Part shown: positions 24,191-37,531 of the stretch, one piece after another
Numbering within the stretch: the first letter of the stretch is position 1
Layout of the letters: every line of letters begins with the position of its first letter
DNA from: Lama glama
Taxonomy: Eukaryota
Length of the DNA stretch: 64,000 nt
NCBI GenBank assembly: GCA_028534125.1
Contig: CM052817.1
Location: 19,470,001-19,534,000 of the forward strand
Reading direction: 5' to 3'
Notes under the pieces: generated by a model
Databases searched by the model: none
The model's input: only the letters and a program-made list of their open reading frames with translations
What the model was told of the DNA's origin: nothing
Made by a program: the position numbers and the translations under genes

Positions 24191-27100
24191 ATAAAAAATG
24201 ATCTCCACATCCACAGTGCTTGGTATTTTCAAGGAAAGTGTCTCATTTCCATTAACAAGGAAACCTCTTAATTCACAAATATGCACAGTGGGGGCCGTGT
24301 GTTAATAGCACTCTTCGCAACCGATAATGTGGTGCAGTTAATGTATCTCAGCTTGAATTAACTTTACCACAAGCCACTGTTTCCTTTTCATACAGCACAG
24401 GATCCTGTGGAAAAATCTCTTAGAATCTCACAAGGGGAATTCAATTAACATTACTCACTACTGTACAGCGACATAAAAATGGAGGCTATTTTAACCTTTC
24501 TCAAGTTTCCTGCTGATCAATTCAATGCTTTCCATTACTTTTAACTCCGGTTATTATAAACTCACCTTCATTTGTTCAGAAAATACCTTTCCACTAATGG
24601 GGCCGAGTACGTCTGCCAATAGGAAGTCAGAATAGGCTCAACAGACTGAAAAGATTCCTGAAAATTGTGTGTAGGTTTGTCCTTGGCATGACATCACTTA
24701 ACGTGGTGTATTTTTAACCCGGGAGCTTCTACTACTAGAATTGACTCTTTCAGCCCCACGACTGCCTTTTGACATGTAGCTCCTCTAATTGGAGTACACT
24801 TCACCTTGTAAAATCCAGATTTTTGTCATTAAAAAGTATTAAGAGCTTTAGTTACCAGAAAATGGTAACACAGGTTTACTTGAACACACAAGTTACTTAT
24901 CCTCCCTGAAATAATTTTATAGGCAAGAAAACTCTTTATAGGTATAGGCATAAATAAAAGACTAAAGTGCCCTCCTTTGCTGCCCTCTCCCTCAGTGCTC
25001 ATATTCTATCACACAGTTTCTGATAATTTTATTTCTCAGATGGTGCCATTTTTCACAGTCCCTGAAGTCACCACTCAATGCCAAGAGGAGGGACCTCCAA
25101 TTGGTCTCCCACAACCACTCTAGCACCCTCCAACCCCTCTCTCGCACTACAAGAGTTGTCTTCAAAATTCAAATCTTCTCATGACATATGCTTTGATAAA
25201 ATATTCCCATGGATGCTCCAAGCTCTTAGGATTAAAGACCAACATCCTTGCAGACAACCTTGCTTAGCTCAGCCTTTCCTCAACCTCTTAAGTGTCACGT
25301 GCCTCACTCTACCTTTCGATCTCTGGGTCACATTGAATTTTCAATGTTTTAGCTATGCTAAGCCTTTCCACGTGTAATTTGTTAGTTTTATTATTTTATT
25401 AACATATGCAAAGAAAGAAAGCATACCATGAGAAGAAAGACTTTTTCTTTACTGGCTGTCACATTGTTGGTACTAATAAATACCAACTGAATGAAGAAAG
25501 CGAATGGAGAAGATGTTTTATCAGTGATGCTTTCGATGAGTCCAGGAGTGGAGAAAATTTAAATTCAGTTTGTCAACCACATTTATATCTCCCATCACTG
25601 ATTTCCTACATTTAGGTTAGTCATGCAGTATTAATTCAACAAATTATGAACAAAAGAAAGAGTATATGGCCACAAAGTGCTTACTATATATTTAGAAATA
25701 CAATAGCGAAATGGACTAGACTATAAAATGGGGAAAGAGCTCCAATTCATCCACGTCATCTTACTAGTTATTTTGTATCATGAACTCTTTTTCACCTCAG
25801 AAAGGCAATGTCAGTTAAGCAGATATCTTTTCAATATGAAGATGGTTTAGGTTCTGGTATTTAAAGGAAAGAATATCATTTCTTTAAGACAAAAACGTCT
25901 TTTATTGTTATTGTTGTTAGGATCCATAACATGTATATTATCCAACAGTTATTAATCAGTCAAATTGAACTCAGTTTCTTTCAGCTCTTAATACAAAAAT
26001 AGTTAAATATATGTATTTACGTATATCCTGCTATCAAGTAATGTTCTGACCAGCCCTCCTTACTACCCATCTGGATTGTGTGTCTTCCAAATATACAATT
26101 GTTCTACTTTAATCAGAAGTACACAATTATTGTTTAACACACAATCTCTAGCTATGTCACATGACTGTGTAGGGACACCAATCTCTCAATACCACTTGCC
26201 TGAAAGCCTTACTCAACAACCAACAGAGCAGAGTAGGAAAATGGGAACAGAGCTTAAAAGCTTGAATTCTAGTTTTGATGCCAGAAATTCCTCACTAGTG
26301 GTTTTGTACAAGTTATTTGAAATTTTGAGCTTCAGTGTTCTTATATTTAGTATAGAGATAGCAGCTCTTGCCTTGACAAAAGGATGATTATGAATATGAT
26401 ATGATGTAAAAAGTATGAAGTAAACTTTCTCCAAGATAATCCTGAAGACCATTGGTCCCAGAGATTGTCCTAAAGAAAGATACCTGTGGTCAAATATGTT
26501 CAGAAAATATTTTATAATCTAAAAGGTCATAAAAGGTGAACAAAGAAATTTAGTATATTAACATTCAGGTGGGTCATGCCTTAAGGGAAATTTGTTTTTG
26601 TTTTTGTTTTTTTTTGTATTTAACACAATATTTTCCAAATTTATTCAATCATGAAACTTTTTTTTATATCAGTAAAGCATAATAACACAATTGCTGAAAT
26701 GCTATAACATTAGTATGTATGTTTATGCATGAAACATATTGAATCAGATTTCCAAGGAAGAAGGAAAATATTAATAAAGAAAAATGAAATGATTACATAC
26801 ATATATTATGTTTGGCATCTGCACTATATTGGCATTCCATAATATATTATTTTGATGACAAATAAAATATTTGGTTAAATATATGTATTTCTCACCTCTA
26901 GGCTACCACATTTAACATAATGTCAAACTTTGTAAATATTTGCTATCAGATATAATTAGCTAGAAGATCAAATATAAAGCTAGTCTAACTTTTTTTCCTC
27001 TTACAAAGTAGCAATGATTACTCAACTTCAATCTGAGACTAAAAAGACAGGTGGAGAAGGGGAATCACACTACTTATGTGGCTCACTGAAAGCTTCTAGA

Positions 27101-27530
27101 AACATTCCTTATCCCTCCAATTAGCCTAAAGTCTTCAGATGTTTGCCAGTACTTGTCACGTGTTGTAGAATAACTTATTCTTGGGGGACATTAGATTTCA
27201 GTTATTCAGGTAATGTAAGTTGTGGGTTAATATATGCTCAGAATAAGCTTGTGTGGGGAAGCAACCATTTGTATTATTTCTCTTTGTCTACTTGGTAGCC
27301 ACCATATATTTGTTTATGTTCAGTTTGAATTTAGAGCTAAAGACAAAATTGGTGAGTGGCTGTAGCAGAATCACAATTTTATGGGGCTTTGGCTTTAGAA
27401 GAGCATACAGTTTAGTGCAATTTCACTAACATCTGTTCACCTCACAGTACTATACATAAGAAAGGTAGTATGGGCTAATGACACATGTGACTATTAGTGG
27501 TTTAATTTTAAAGGTTGCTCAATAGTGTTT

Positions 27531-27650
27531 TCTTTTTTAATTTTATTTGTTTGTTTTATTACTATTTCTTTTAATGGAGGTACTGGGGATTGAACCCAGG
27601 ACCTCCAGCATGCTAAGTAAGCACTCTACCACTGAGCTATACCCTCCCCC
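27531..27650 (-). mobile_element. tRNA-derived SINE (camelid vic-1-type)
   Basis: Minus strand ggggagggtatagctcagtggtagagtgc...gtcctgggttcaatccccagtacctccattaaaa; imperfect TSD aatagtgttt/aacagtggtt. Confidence 0.9.
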
Positions 27651-27787
27651 AACAGTGGTTTGGTTTTATGATCATTTCTGTTTTATAAAAACTAAACCAA
27701 CCAAAACAAACAAATGCTAATGCAGAAAATTCCCCAATCTTAATTTCAGCTTAAAAATTATTTTGCAAGAGTGTATTGTGCTTTGGA

Positions 27788-27957
27788 GTGGTGGCTCTCA
27801 AAGTGAGGTCCCTGGACCAGAAACTTCAACACAAAGATCTCATGGAAAATTGTTAGAAATGCAGACGTTTGGGCTCTACCCCAGATCTACTGAATCCGAA
27901 CTTCCGGGAATGGGGCTCAGAAGTCTGCTTTCACAAGCAGTTCACGTGATCCTAATG
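27788..27957 (+). mobile_element. MER5A/MER5A1 hAT-Charlie DNA transposon
   Basis: ctctcaaagtgaggtccctggaccag...ttgttagaaatgcaga...ccccagatctactgaatc; similar to 35895-36076. Confidence 0.8.
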
Positions 27958-27969
27958 ACCTGCTGCTTT

Positions 27970-28150
27970 GAGGTTTTGCCTCTCCAGGGACATTTGGCAA
28001 GCTTTAGAAACATTTTTGTTTGTGAAAGCTGGAGAAGGGCCTGGCATTAATGGATAGGGGCTAGAGGTGCTGCTAACCATCCCCAACGAGCAGCCCCGAC
28101 GAAAAGTTTGTATCCAGCCTCAAGTATCACTATTGAGAGTGAAAGGTCTG
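27970..28150 (+). mobile_element. MER20 fragment
   Basis: ttttgcctctccagggacatttggcaa...acatttttgtttgt...ctggcattaatggataggggctagaggtgctgctaa. Confidence 0.75.
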
Positions 28151-29339
28151 GCTTCAAAGAAGTCCCATAGGGACCTGTAATACTGAGAACACCACCCATT
28201 GGGTGGACCCAAGCAGGTTAGCAGTGTATTTCATACATTTTTGTAAGCCAAGTACATCCACCTTTTAAGGATTTTTATGTGTTTTACACAAACTTAATTT
28301 ATAGGCTGGATCCCTGTAATGGCTTTGTGAATTAGTGATTAGACAGACTCAATTCTTTACTGCTTTCAAGGACATGACATGTGGACTAACTAGTTACTGA
28401 AGTCTTTTGATAGAGAGGCAACTAAATTTAAACAAAAAACTCTCTCTCTTCTCCTTCATCCGATGACCTACAACGTGTTCTTCTTCCAATTTGTGATTTT
28501 GTCATACTACTCAGTGTCACTTAGTCATTAGAACTATTCTATGGCATGTACAAGGAGGATTAATCAAGAATGGATATAATTAGTCCAGTCCTTATAATCT
28601 AATGCCACTGTGATGCCGCTGTAATAATGACTGAGAAAAGATATATTTATTCTGAGTTTTGAATTTGGGAGACATTGCACAACATGGGAGACCTCTGTTT
28701 ACTTCCTCTATTTGACTATGCAAGTCTAATGGTTCCCAGTAGCTGTGGCATGTGTTTCCTTACAGAATATGATCTATCCACTTGTTCATTTATTATTTCA
28801 TTTTCTTAGCATTTCTTGAATGTTCTATATGATTGACAGTTTTTTTTCAATGCTAAATATGCAATAATGACTCAAAAAGGTAAACATCTACTAGGGCAGG
28901 AAAAAATTAAAAAATATAATGTGAAGTTTAGGTGTAATTGGTTATTACATGATTAAACAATAGTCCTTGAATATTTCTTCAGCCAAGGAACCATGAAGGA
29001 GTGTCGTATAACTTCACAATGTGCGATTACTTTCACTTTATTTTGTTATCTGTTTATTTGTGTTTTCCCTTTGAAGCCTAAACTACAAATATTTCTTTTC
29101 CTGGGAGGGAGTTAAATATATTGTGTTTTTCATCATGGCAGTGTGAGAGAGGATTCTAGACAGAAGAGAGAAAAAGAAAAGGACAGGGCATACAGGTCAG
29201 CAAAAGCTGCAGGGCTAAGCACACAAACTAAACATATTCCCAGGATAAGAAAAGCAAATAATCAGCACTTTGCAAAGCATATTGGAGAGAAAGAAGTAAA
29301 CGTCTCTGTGGTCTTCATGTTAAAAAGACACATCTCCTC

Positions 29340-29570
29340 TGGAATAACAAATCATCCAATCTTGACACCACACTTGCTGGTCTATAAACTTGCATGAGCT
29401 ATTTAATCTCTCTGAGACCAATTTCTTCTTCAGAAAATGTGTGAAAGAATTGTACCAGCTTCATAGGATTATTGTGGGAATTAAGTGAGATTATTCACAT
29501 AATATTTCCCTACAGTTCCACATATAAATGAAATGCTCAGCAAAAATTTATTTTACCATCATTATTGTTA
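29340..29570 (+). mobile_element. MIR
   Basis: gagctatttaatctctctgagaccaatttcttcttcagaaaatg...cttcataggattattgtgggaattaagtgaga. Confidence 0.75.
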
Positions 29571-31154
29571 ACTTTTAAAAATAGAAAATCTGGACTCAAT
29601 AATATGGGCATAACACAATCCTTAGATAATGCTAACTGACTTCAGATAAGGTATTTTACAATAATCATGCAACATTTATCATAGAAAAATACCAAGAATT
29701 GATAAAACAAAATGAAAACAGTCACTGCTTCATTTTGTTGATATAAAATATTTTTCTTGCTCATACTTCCTATAATTTTGAAATTTGCAACAATTTATTA
29801 TGAGTTACTTTTAAGATCAAGAAAACAGTATATTTGGAAAAAATGTTTAATGCATCAATTCTGACATGCTACTTTATGCCTATCTGCATACAGAGTATTT
29901 AATGTAAATACATAGGTATATAGGAGTAGAAAAGTAAGACCAGATCTTATTTTCACAAAGATTGAAGATAAGCTTTCCAAATTTTTATGACCTTGAATAA
30001 ATTTATAAGACTTAGAAGAAAAAGAAAAATAAGAGGACATTCAAGTAAATTGAATAGCAAATGCCCTGGCATCAAGGAGAAATGGTAAAGCATCTTTGCA
30101 GAATTACAAGTGGTTTCATAGTTCAGGAGTAAAGAATACTGAGAATTAGTGCAAGGTGAGACTGAAACTGTGGCCACGGTTTTATATGACTCATAAAGGA
30201 TTATAAATTCCACCATTTTAACAAAGTAAGATCAATCTGGATTGAGGACTGTGAGCTGGATCAAGTTAAGAGAATACAGCAAAAACCACAGTGGAAAAAG
30301 AAAACAAAAAAATTAAAATAGTCATCTCAGTGGGATTAAATTATAAGAATCAGACTAATTATTTCCATTTTTGATTAATCCTCCTTGTATATTACATAGA
30401 ATAGCTTTAATTACTAAGTGACCCTGAGTAGTATGAGAAAATAATAAAATGGAAGAAGAACAGGTTGTAGGTCATTAGATAAAGGAGGAGAGAGAGAGTT
30501 TTTTGTTTAAATTTAGTTGGATATATAGGTTGGCTATGGTACAACTATTTCTTGTCTGAGTAATTGGAGATGTCAATAATCTGACTGAGAAGTGTGGGGA
30601 AGAATTTGATAGCTTTTGATGATAGAAAAATAGTTAAGGTGGATACAGGAATGTGAAGTATCAGCAATAATCTGTTTAAAATAAAGGACAAAATGTGTCA
30701 TGAGGATGATACAAAAATATGGTTGGCAGAAGCATAGAGTTTATGTAAGGATCAGAGGAGGGAAGGAAGATTTGAGCTGGATTAGAAATGCTCTAGCAAG
30801 CCAAATGTAGAAGTTAATACTTTAGTCTGTTTGGAAAGGAGTACTAATTATCTAGGCAGGGCAACAGCATTTCTATTTAACATATGTTTTGGTATAAAAA
30901 TATAACATAAAGATCATAAAACATGACTATGAACAATTATACATCAAATAATTGGCAACCTGTAAGAAGTGGATAAATTCCTAGATACAACCTCCCAAGA
31001 CTGAATCATAAAGAAATAGGAAATCTGACCAGACTGATTACTAGCATAGCTGTTGAAACACTAATGAAAAAACCCCCCAAAATGAAATTTAGGGCCAGAC
31101 AGCTTCACTGGTGAATTCCACCAAACATTCAAAGAAGAATGAATACCAATTGTT

Positions 31155-31434
31155 TTTTCTTTAAACATTTTTTATTGATTTATAATCATTTTACAATGTT
31201 GTGTCAAATTCCAGTGTAGAGCACAGTTTTTTAGTTATGCATGAACATATATGTATTCATTGCCACATTTTTTTCTCTTTGAGCTACCATAAGATCTTGT
31301 ATATATTTCCCTGTGCTATACAGTATAATCTTGTTTATCTATTCTACATTTTGAAATCCCAGTCTATCCCTTCCCACCCCTCGCCCCCTTATCAACCACA
31401 AGTTTGTATTCTATGTCTATGAGTCTGTTTCTGT
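31155..31434 (-). mobile_element. Young L1 3' end inserted antisense into the older L1
   Basis: Homologous in reverse to 37230-37510 and 56710-57000; TSD tgaataccaattgtt (31140-31154) / tgagtaccaattgtt (31435-31449). Confidence 0.92.
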
Positions 31435-33580
31435 TGAGTACCAATTGTTAAACTTCCTTGAAGAATAGAAGAGAAAATACTTTCAAATTCATTTTGTGAG
31501 GCCAACACTATCCCAATACCAAAACCAGACAAGGACACCACAAGAAAAGAAAACTATAGGCCAATATCCAAGATGAGCATCAATGCAAAAATCCTCAACA
31601 AAATATTAGCAAACTAAACTTAAAGTTCATGAAAAGAATGACACAGTCAAGTGGGCTTTTTCCAGATATGCCAGCATGTTTCAACATCTGTAAATCAATT
31701 AACATGATACACTATGTTAAACAAATGAAAGATAAAAATTATGTGACCATCTCAATAGATGCAGAGAAAGCATTTGACAAAATTCAACATCTATTTATGA
31801 TAAGAACTCTCAACAAAGTGGCTATAGAGGGAACATACCTTAACATAATATGGGCCATATATGACAAATCCACAGCTAACATCATATTCAACAGTGAAAA
31901 GCTAAAAGTTTTTTTCTCTAAGGTCAGGAACAAGAAAAGGATACCCTCAATTGCCACTATCATTCAACATAACCAGAGAAATCAAGCAAAAAAAAATAAA
32001 TTAAAATGCATACAAATTGAAAAGAAAGAAATAAATCTGTCACTACTTGGAGATGACATGATATTATATACAGGAAACCTTAAAGACTCCATCAAAAACT
32101 GTTAGAACTAATCAATGACTTCAGTAAAGCTGTGGAATTCAAAATCAGTAGACAAAAATCTGTTGTTTCTATATTCTAATAATGAACTATCAGAAAAAGA
32201 CATTAAGAAAACAATTCCATTCACAACTACATCAAAAATAATGCAATCCTAGAAATAAAGTTAACCAAGGAGGTAATAGACTGAAAACTACTAGACATCA
32301 ATGAAAGAAATTGAGACAGACACAAAGAAATGGAAAGAGATCTTGTGCTTGTAAATCAGAAGAATCAGTATTGTTAATCTACCTACTCAAAGCAATCTAC
32401 AGATTTAATAAAATCCTTATCAAAATTCCAGTGACATTTTTCATAGAAATAGAACAAATAATCTTAAAATTTGTATGGAAACAAAAGATCCTGAATCACC
32501 AAAGCAATCTTGAGAACAAAGCTGGAGGCATCATTCTCCCTGACTTCAAACTATGTTTTAAAGCTATTGCAATCAAAACAGTATGATACTTGGGGTAAAA
32601 AAAAGACATATAGATTGATGGAACATAATAGAGAACTCAGAAATAAATCTTTTATATTTGGTCAATTAATCTATGACAAAAGAGTCAAGAATATACACTA
32701 GAGGAAAAAGCAATCTCTTTAATAAATGGTATGGGAAAACTGGACAGCTACATGCAACAAGAATGAACCAGGACAACTATCTTACAGCATACACAAAAAT
32801 TAACTCAAAATAAGTTAAAGACTTGAATATACAATGTGAAACCATAAAACTTTTAGGACAAAGATTGGCCTTGTGATAATTCTTTTTTTTTTTTATTTGA
32901 TGCCAAAAGCAACATTAACAAAAGCAAAAGTAAACAAGCGGAGACTTCAAACTAAAAAGCTTCTGCACAGCAAAGGAAAGCATAAAAAAAAAAAGGAAAA
33001 GGCAACGTACTGAATGGGAGAAAAAAACTTGCAAATCATATATCTGATAGAAGTTAGTACTATTTAAAATATAGACAGAATTCACAAAACTCAATGGCAA
33101 AAAACAAACAATCTGATTAAAAAATGGGCAGAGATCTGAACAGACATTTTTTCAAAGAATGGAATCCAACAGATGGACAATAGGTACATAGAAAGATGCT
33201 TGAGATGATTAATCATAGGGAAATGAAAATCAAAATCACCGTGAGATATCACTTCACATCTATCAGAATAACTATTATCAGAGAGGGAAGAAATAGTAAT
33301 TGCTAGTGAGGATGTGGAGAAAGGATACTGTCATACACTGTTGGTGGGGAATGTAAGTTGGTGCAGCCACTATAGAAAACAGTACAGAGTTTCCTCAACA
33401 AATTAAAAACAGAGCTACAATATGATCCAGCAATTCCACTTCTGAGTATTTCTCCAAAGAAAACAAAACCACTAACTTGAAAAGATATATGTACCCTAAT
33501 GTTCATTGCAGCATTAATTACAATAGCTAAGATACGGGGAAAAAAACTGTCTGTCAATGGATGAATGGATAAAAATGATG

Positions 33581-33583
<3 letters not shown>

Positions 33584-33622
<39 letters not shown>
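33584..33622. repeat. (AC)19 microsatellite
   Basis: Directly visible pure run. Confidence 0.95.
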
Positions 33623-33624
<2 letters not shown>

Positions 33625-34134
33625 AATATTACTCAGTCATAAAAAAGGAAATATTGCCATTTGCAACAACATGGATAAAACCTGAGGGCATTATGCCAGT
33701 CAAATAGGTCAGACAGACAAAGACAAATATCATATGATCTAACTTATTTGTGGAGTCTAGAAAAAAAAAGAAAATTGAAGCTCATAGATACAGGGAACAC
33801 ACTGGTGCTTACCAGAGGCTGGGACTGAGGGTTTGGCCAAAAAGTGAAGGGTGACAACAGGTACAAATTTCCAGCTATAAAATAAGTGAGTCATGGGGAT
33901 ATAATGTTCAATATGGTGACTCTTGTTAATAATACTCTATTGCATATTTGAAAATATGCTAAGAAAGTAGATTTTAAAATTTCTTATCACACACACAGAA
34001 AATGTTTATCTATATATGATGATGAATGGTAACTAGACTTACTGTGCTGATCATTTTACAATATATACAAATATCAAGTCATTAGATCATATGCTTGAAA
34101 CTAATAAGTCAATTATAACTTCATTTTAATGATG

Positions 34135-34330
34135 TAGAGTGTAGTGTTAGGAGAAAAAGGGATAAAAGCAATCTGCCTCGGTTTAAATCCCTGCCCTGAT
34201 ATTTACTACCAGTGTGATTCTGAGCAACTGGTTAACCTCTTAGTTTCTTGGTTGTGTCATCTGCAAAATGGTGTTCATAAGATTGCCTGTTTTTCTTGGT
34301 ACTTATGAATGTGTTAATATATGTGCCACT
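34135..34330 (+). mobile_element. MIR
   Basis: ggtttaaatccctgccctgatatttactaccagtgtgattctgagcaactggttaacctct...tcatctgcaaaatgg. Confidence 0.7.
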
Positions 34331-35134
34331 TTATAGAAAGTGATATATATACACATTTGTATAAAATATATGAACATAGATACAGCAAATATTGTTCTGT
34401 CTTCTTTCTTTTATTCCACTATTGAAATATGAGATTCTCTCTTTTTTCAATTATGACTGCAATCAAAAAAGGGAACAGCTCTCCTCTTTTTAATGATAAT
34501 GTTTTATTTTTTTTTCTGGAGACTGAATTACAAGATCCTTCTCATTCTGAATATCATAATCATGTCATATTTTGATGTGTATAGACATCATAGTTAACAA
34601 TTGGCAAAACAGTACAATTTCCAATTCATCCTAGGGTATTGGGTTTTTTATGACTATCTTTTTAAATCCAAATTGAATTATTTATATGTCAACTTATTGA
34701 CACCTTTTGTTAGTATTTCTAGATTATTGTTTTTAAAATAATCTTAACAACTAAATTTTATAGCACAGATGTCCTAACAGACATGGTTACTTATGTTTTT
34801 ACCTATTTACACTTTTATTTATTACCGCTTTCTGAAAGAGTTAGAATATAAACATCCAAAGTCATTTCAAAACATTTGACTTGATATTTTATTTCTGTTA
34901 TATGATAATCTTGCATCTCATAAAAATTTGCTGAGCTCCTAAAATGTTCCAGGTACTTAGTGAGTACTGGGGTTAAAATAATAATGTGACATGTAAAGTG
35001 GTACTGTATATCCAATAATATCTACTGAAGGGAGCATTATATGTATCAGTAAAATATACATAGTTGCCATGGAAGTTCAGTTCAACATATATTTGTGCGC
35101 ATAATATATCAACCAGATCAAATTCTTACGGTAC

Positions 35135-35731
35135 TGTGTCATTTACCAGCTTATTGGTCTCAGTCTTAGATTTATTCTGCGTTGCCTTTTCTGAACAAAT
35201 TAGCATGGGTCCTTTTAAACATTTTTTCTTTCCCAGATGGCACAGTGTTAAGCTTTGTCAGCAGTTTGTGCTGGAAACATTGTAAGATGAGGATGCTTTC
35301 CTTCCTTATTCCAGTGTGCTTCTCTTAGACCCTTTCAGTACAACCAGTGCCCAGTTCCTGCAGCAACATATGCCTTCTGTAGCTCCCAGATTCTGTGGTG
35401 CACAGAGGGGAACATCATCCCTGTGGACAGCTTCCCCTGGTACCTAAGAAGTCAGGTTTCCAGCAAGTTCTACTGATGCAGCACCAGAGGGACTTCCATG
35501 CCAGTCAGTGAGCCATGTTTATTTCTTCTCTAGTGAGGTCTAGATCACAGCCCTTGGAGCAAGGAGATTCCTTATATTTGCTATTCCTCTGTTTTTTAGG
35601 GTTCTCCTTAACTCTTACTATCAAAACTTCATTACTCCAAACCCCTGTTATAATTAATATTCTTTACATTATACTTTCTATTTTCAAGTTACCATACATT
35701 TTCTCTCTCCTGAGAGAACCTGGCACATACA
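35135..35731 (+). mobile_element. ERVL LTR (LTR52/LTR41-like)
   Basis: tgtgtcatt...gggtccttttaaacattttttctttcccagatggcacagtgttaagctttgtcagcag; end tctctcctgagagaacctggcacataca. Confidence 0.6.
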
Positions 35732-35894
35732 GAGATCAAATCTAAGCTAGAGGTCTTTGAGAAGTTTCACCATAAGAGATGTCTTCTTGAGACGAATTTT
35801 GATATTGGGTAGATGCTAGTTAAGAGGATAAGGGGAGACAGATATGAGTTTCAGGCAGAGGTAATGAGTGGCTACAACAGGAAGATGTTTAAGT

Positions 35895-36076
35895 CACGGT
35901 TCTCATTCTCGAAGTGTGATCCCAAGACTAGGAGCATCAGCATCACTTGGGAAAGCCATAGAAATATAAACACCCAAGACCTACTGAGTCAGAAACTCTG
36001 GGGATAGGCTCAGCAATTTTTGTTTCAACAAGTCTTGAGGTGATTGTTACACACACTGAAGTCTGAGAACAACTGC
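35895..36076 (+). mobile_element. MER5A DNA transposon
   Basis: gcatcagcatcacttgggaa...agacctactgagtcagaaactctgggg...aagtctgagaacaactg. Confidence 0.85.
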
Positions 36077-36379
36077 TTGGACTGGAAATGATTTAGATGT
36101 GATATTGTTCCGTTCTAGCCCTACATTTTAATTGCAGTAAACGTGCTACACACTAGGTCAGAACGGAAAATAGTTTAAAAAGTGACATCTGTATCTACTT
36201 TATATATGTGTCTACTTTCCAAGTTCTTGAAATCTTATACTATTACCACAATGAAAAAAGAAAAAAGTCAACACAAAAATAAAAACAAACAAAAAAAATG
36301 AGAGCATGTAAAAATGAAATATAATGAGTAAAGGAAAAAGAAGCAGCATTTTTTACCAAAAATGTCAGCTTTTAAAATC

Positions 36380-37110
36380 CTGTTGTACTGTTGGTGGGAA
36401 TGTAGTTTGGTGCAGCCATTATGGAAAACAGTATGGAGATTCCTCAAAAAACTAAAAATAGACTTATCATAGGATCCAGCAATCTTACTCCTGAGCATAT
36501 ATCTGGAGAGAACTCTAATTCAAAAAGATACATGCACCCCAACGTTCATAGAAGTGCTGTTTACAATAGTCAAGACATGAAAACAACCTAAAATCCCATT
36601 GACAGATAACTGGATAAAGAAACTGTGGTGTATTTATACAATGGGCTACTACTCAGCCATAAAAAGCAGAATAAAATAATACCATTTGTAGCAACATGAA
36701 TGGACCTGGAGGTAGTCATTCTAAGTGAAGTAAGCCAGGAAGAGAGAGAAAAACACCATATGATATCACTTATATGTGGAATCTAAAAAAAAAAAAAAAA
36801 GACAAATGAACTTATTTACAAAACAGAGACTCACAGATATAGAAAACAAAGTATGGTTACCTGGGGGGAAAAAACGGTGGGAAGGAATAAATTGGGAATT
36901 TGAGATTTGCAGATACTAACTACTATATATAAAATAGATAAACAATAAGGACCTACTGTACAGCACAGGGAACTATGTTCAGTATTTTATATTAACCTAT
37001 AATAAAAAAGAATATGAAAATGAATATATGTATGTATATGCATGACTGAAATGTGAACCTATACACCAGAACTTGACACAACATTGTAAACTGACTACAG
37101 TTCAACAAAT
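36380..37110 (+). mobile_element. Young L1 3' end (ORF2 tail + 3'UTR)
   Basis: actgttggtgggaatgtagtttggtgcagccattatggaaaacagtatggagattcctcaaaaaact; candidate short TSD aaaatc at a TTTT/AAAA site. Confidence 0.92.
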
Positions 37111-37119
37111 TTTTTTAAA

Positions 37120-37195
37120 AATCACATTGTATACCTTAAATATGTACAATTTTCACTTGTCATTTATACCTCAATAAAGTTAGAAAAAATAAAAA
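37120..37195 (+). mobile_element. Older L1MA-type extreme 3' end
   Basis: atcacattgtataccttaaatatgtacaattttcacttgtcatttatacctcaataaag followed by A-tail. Confidence 0.7.
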
Positions 37196-37202
37196 CAAAA
37201 CA

Positions 37203-37531
37203 ATAAATTTGGGAGTTTGAGATTTGCAAACTTGCAGACATAGTAAACAATTCTGTAATTACCAGGGGAAAGGGGGTGTGAAGGGATAAATTTGGGAGTT
37301 TGAGATTGGCAAATGTTAGTCACTAAATATAAAAATAGATTAAAAAAAATCAAGTTTCTTCTGTATAGCACCCGGAACTATATTCACTATCTTGCAATAA
37401 CTTTTAATGAAAAAAATATGAAAAAGAATATATGTATGTATATGCATGACTGGGACATTATGCTGTACACCAGAGACTGACATACTGTAATTGACTGTAC
37501 TTCAATTAAAAAAATAAAATAAAATAAAAAA
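37203..37531 (+). mobile_element. Young L1 3'UTR end
   Basis: Same family as 31155-31434 and 56668-57004; ends gactgtacttcaattaaaaaaataaaataaaat. Confidence 0.9.

Larger units (their letters stand above)
30900..34128 (+). mobile_element. 5'-truncated LINE-1 (L1MA9-like 3' end) with decayed ORF2 reverse transcriptase
   Basis: ORF 31629-32105 contains ISIDAEKAFDKIQH and LGDDMILY (FADD motif mutated); further ORF2 pieces at 32311-32701 ([19 protein letters not shown]); multiple frameshifts and stops; L1MA-type 3'UTR. Confidence 0.95.

Noticed and set aside
27575..27650. tRNA-like sequences (also ~16190-16260 and ~40175-40230) as tRNA genes
   Set aside because: A-rich tails, flanking direct repeats and mutual divergence mark them as tRNA-derived SINEs
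31629..32105. 158-aa reverse-transcriptase-like ORF as a functional gene
   Set aside because: Fragment of decayed L1 ORF2 with frameshifts, stops and an altered catalytic motif context (LGDD instead of FADD)
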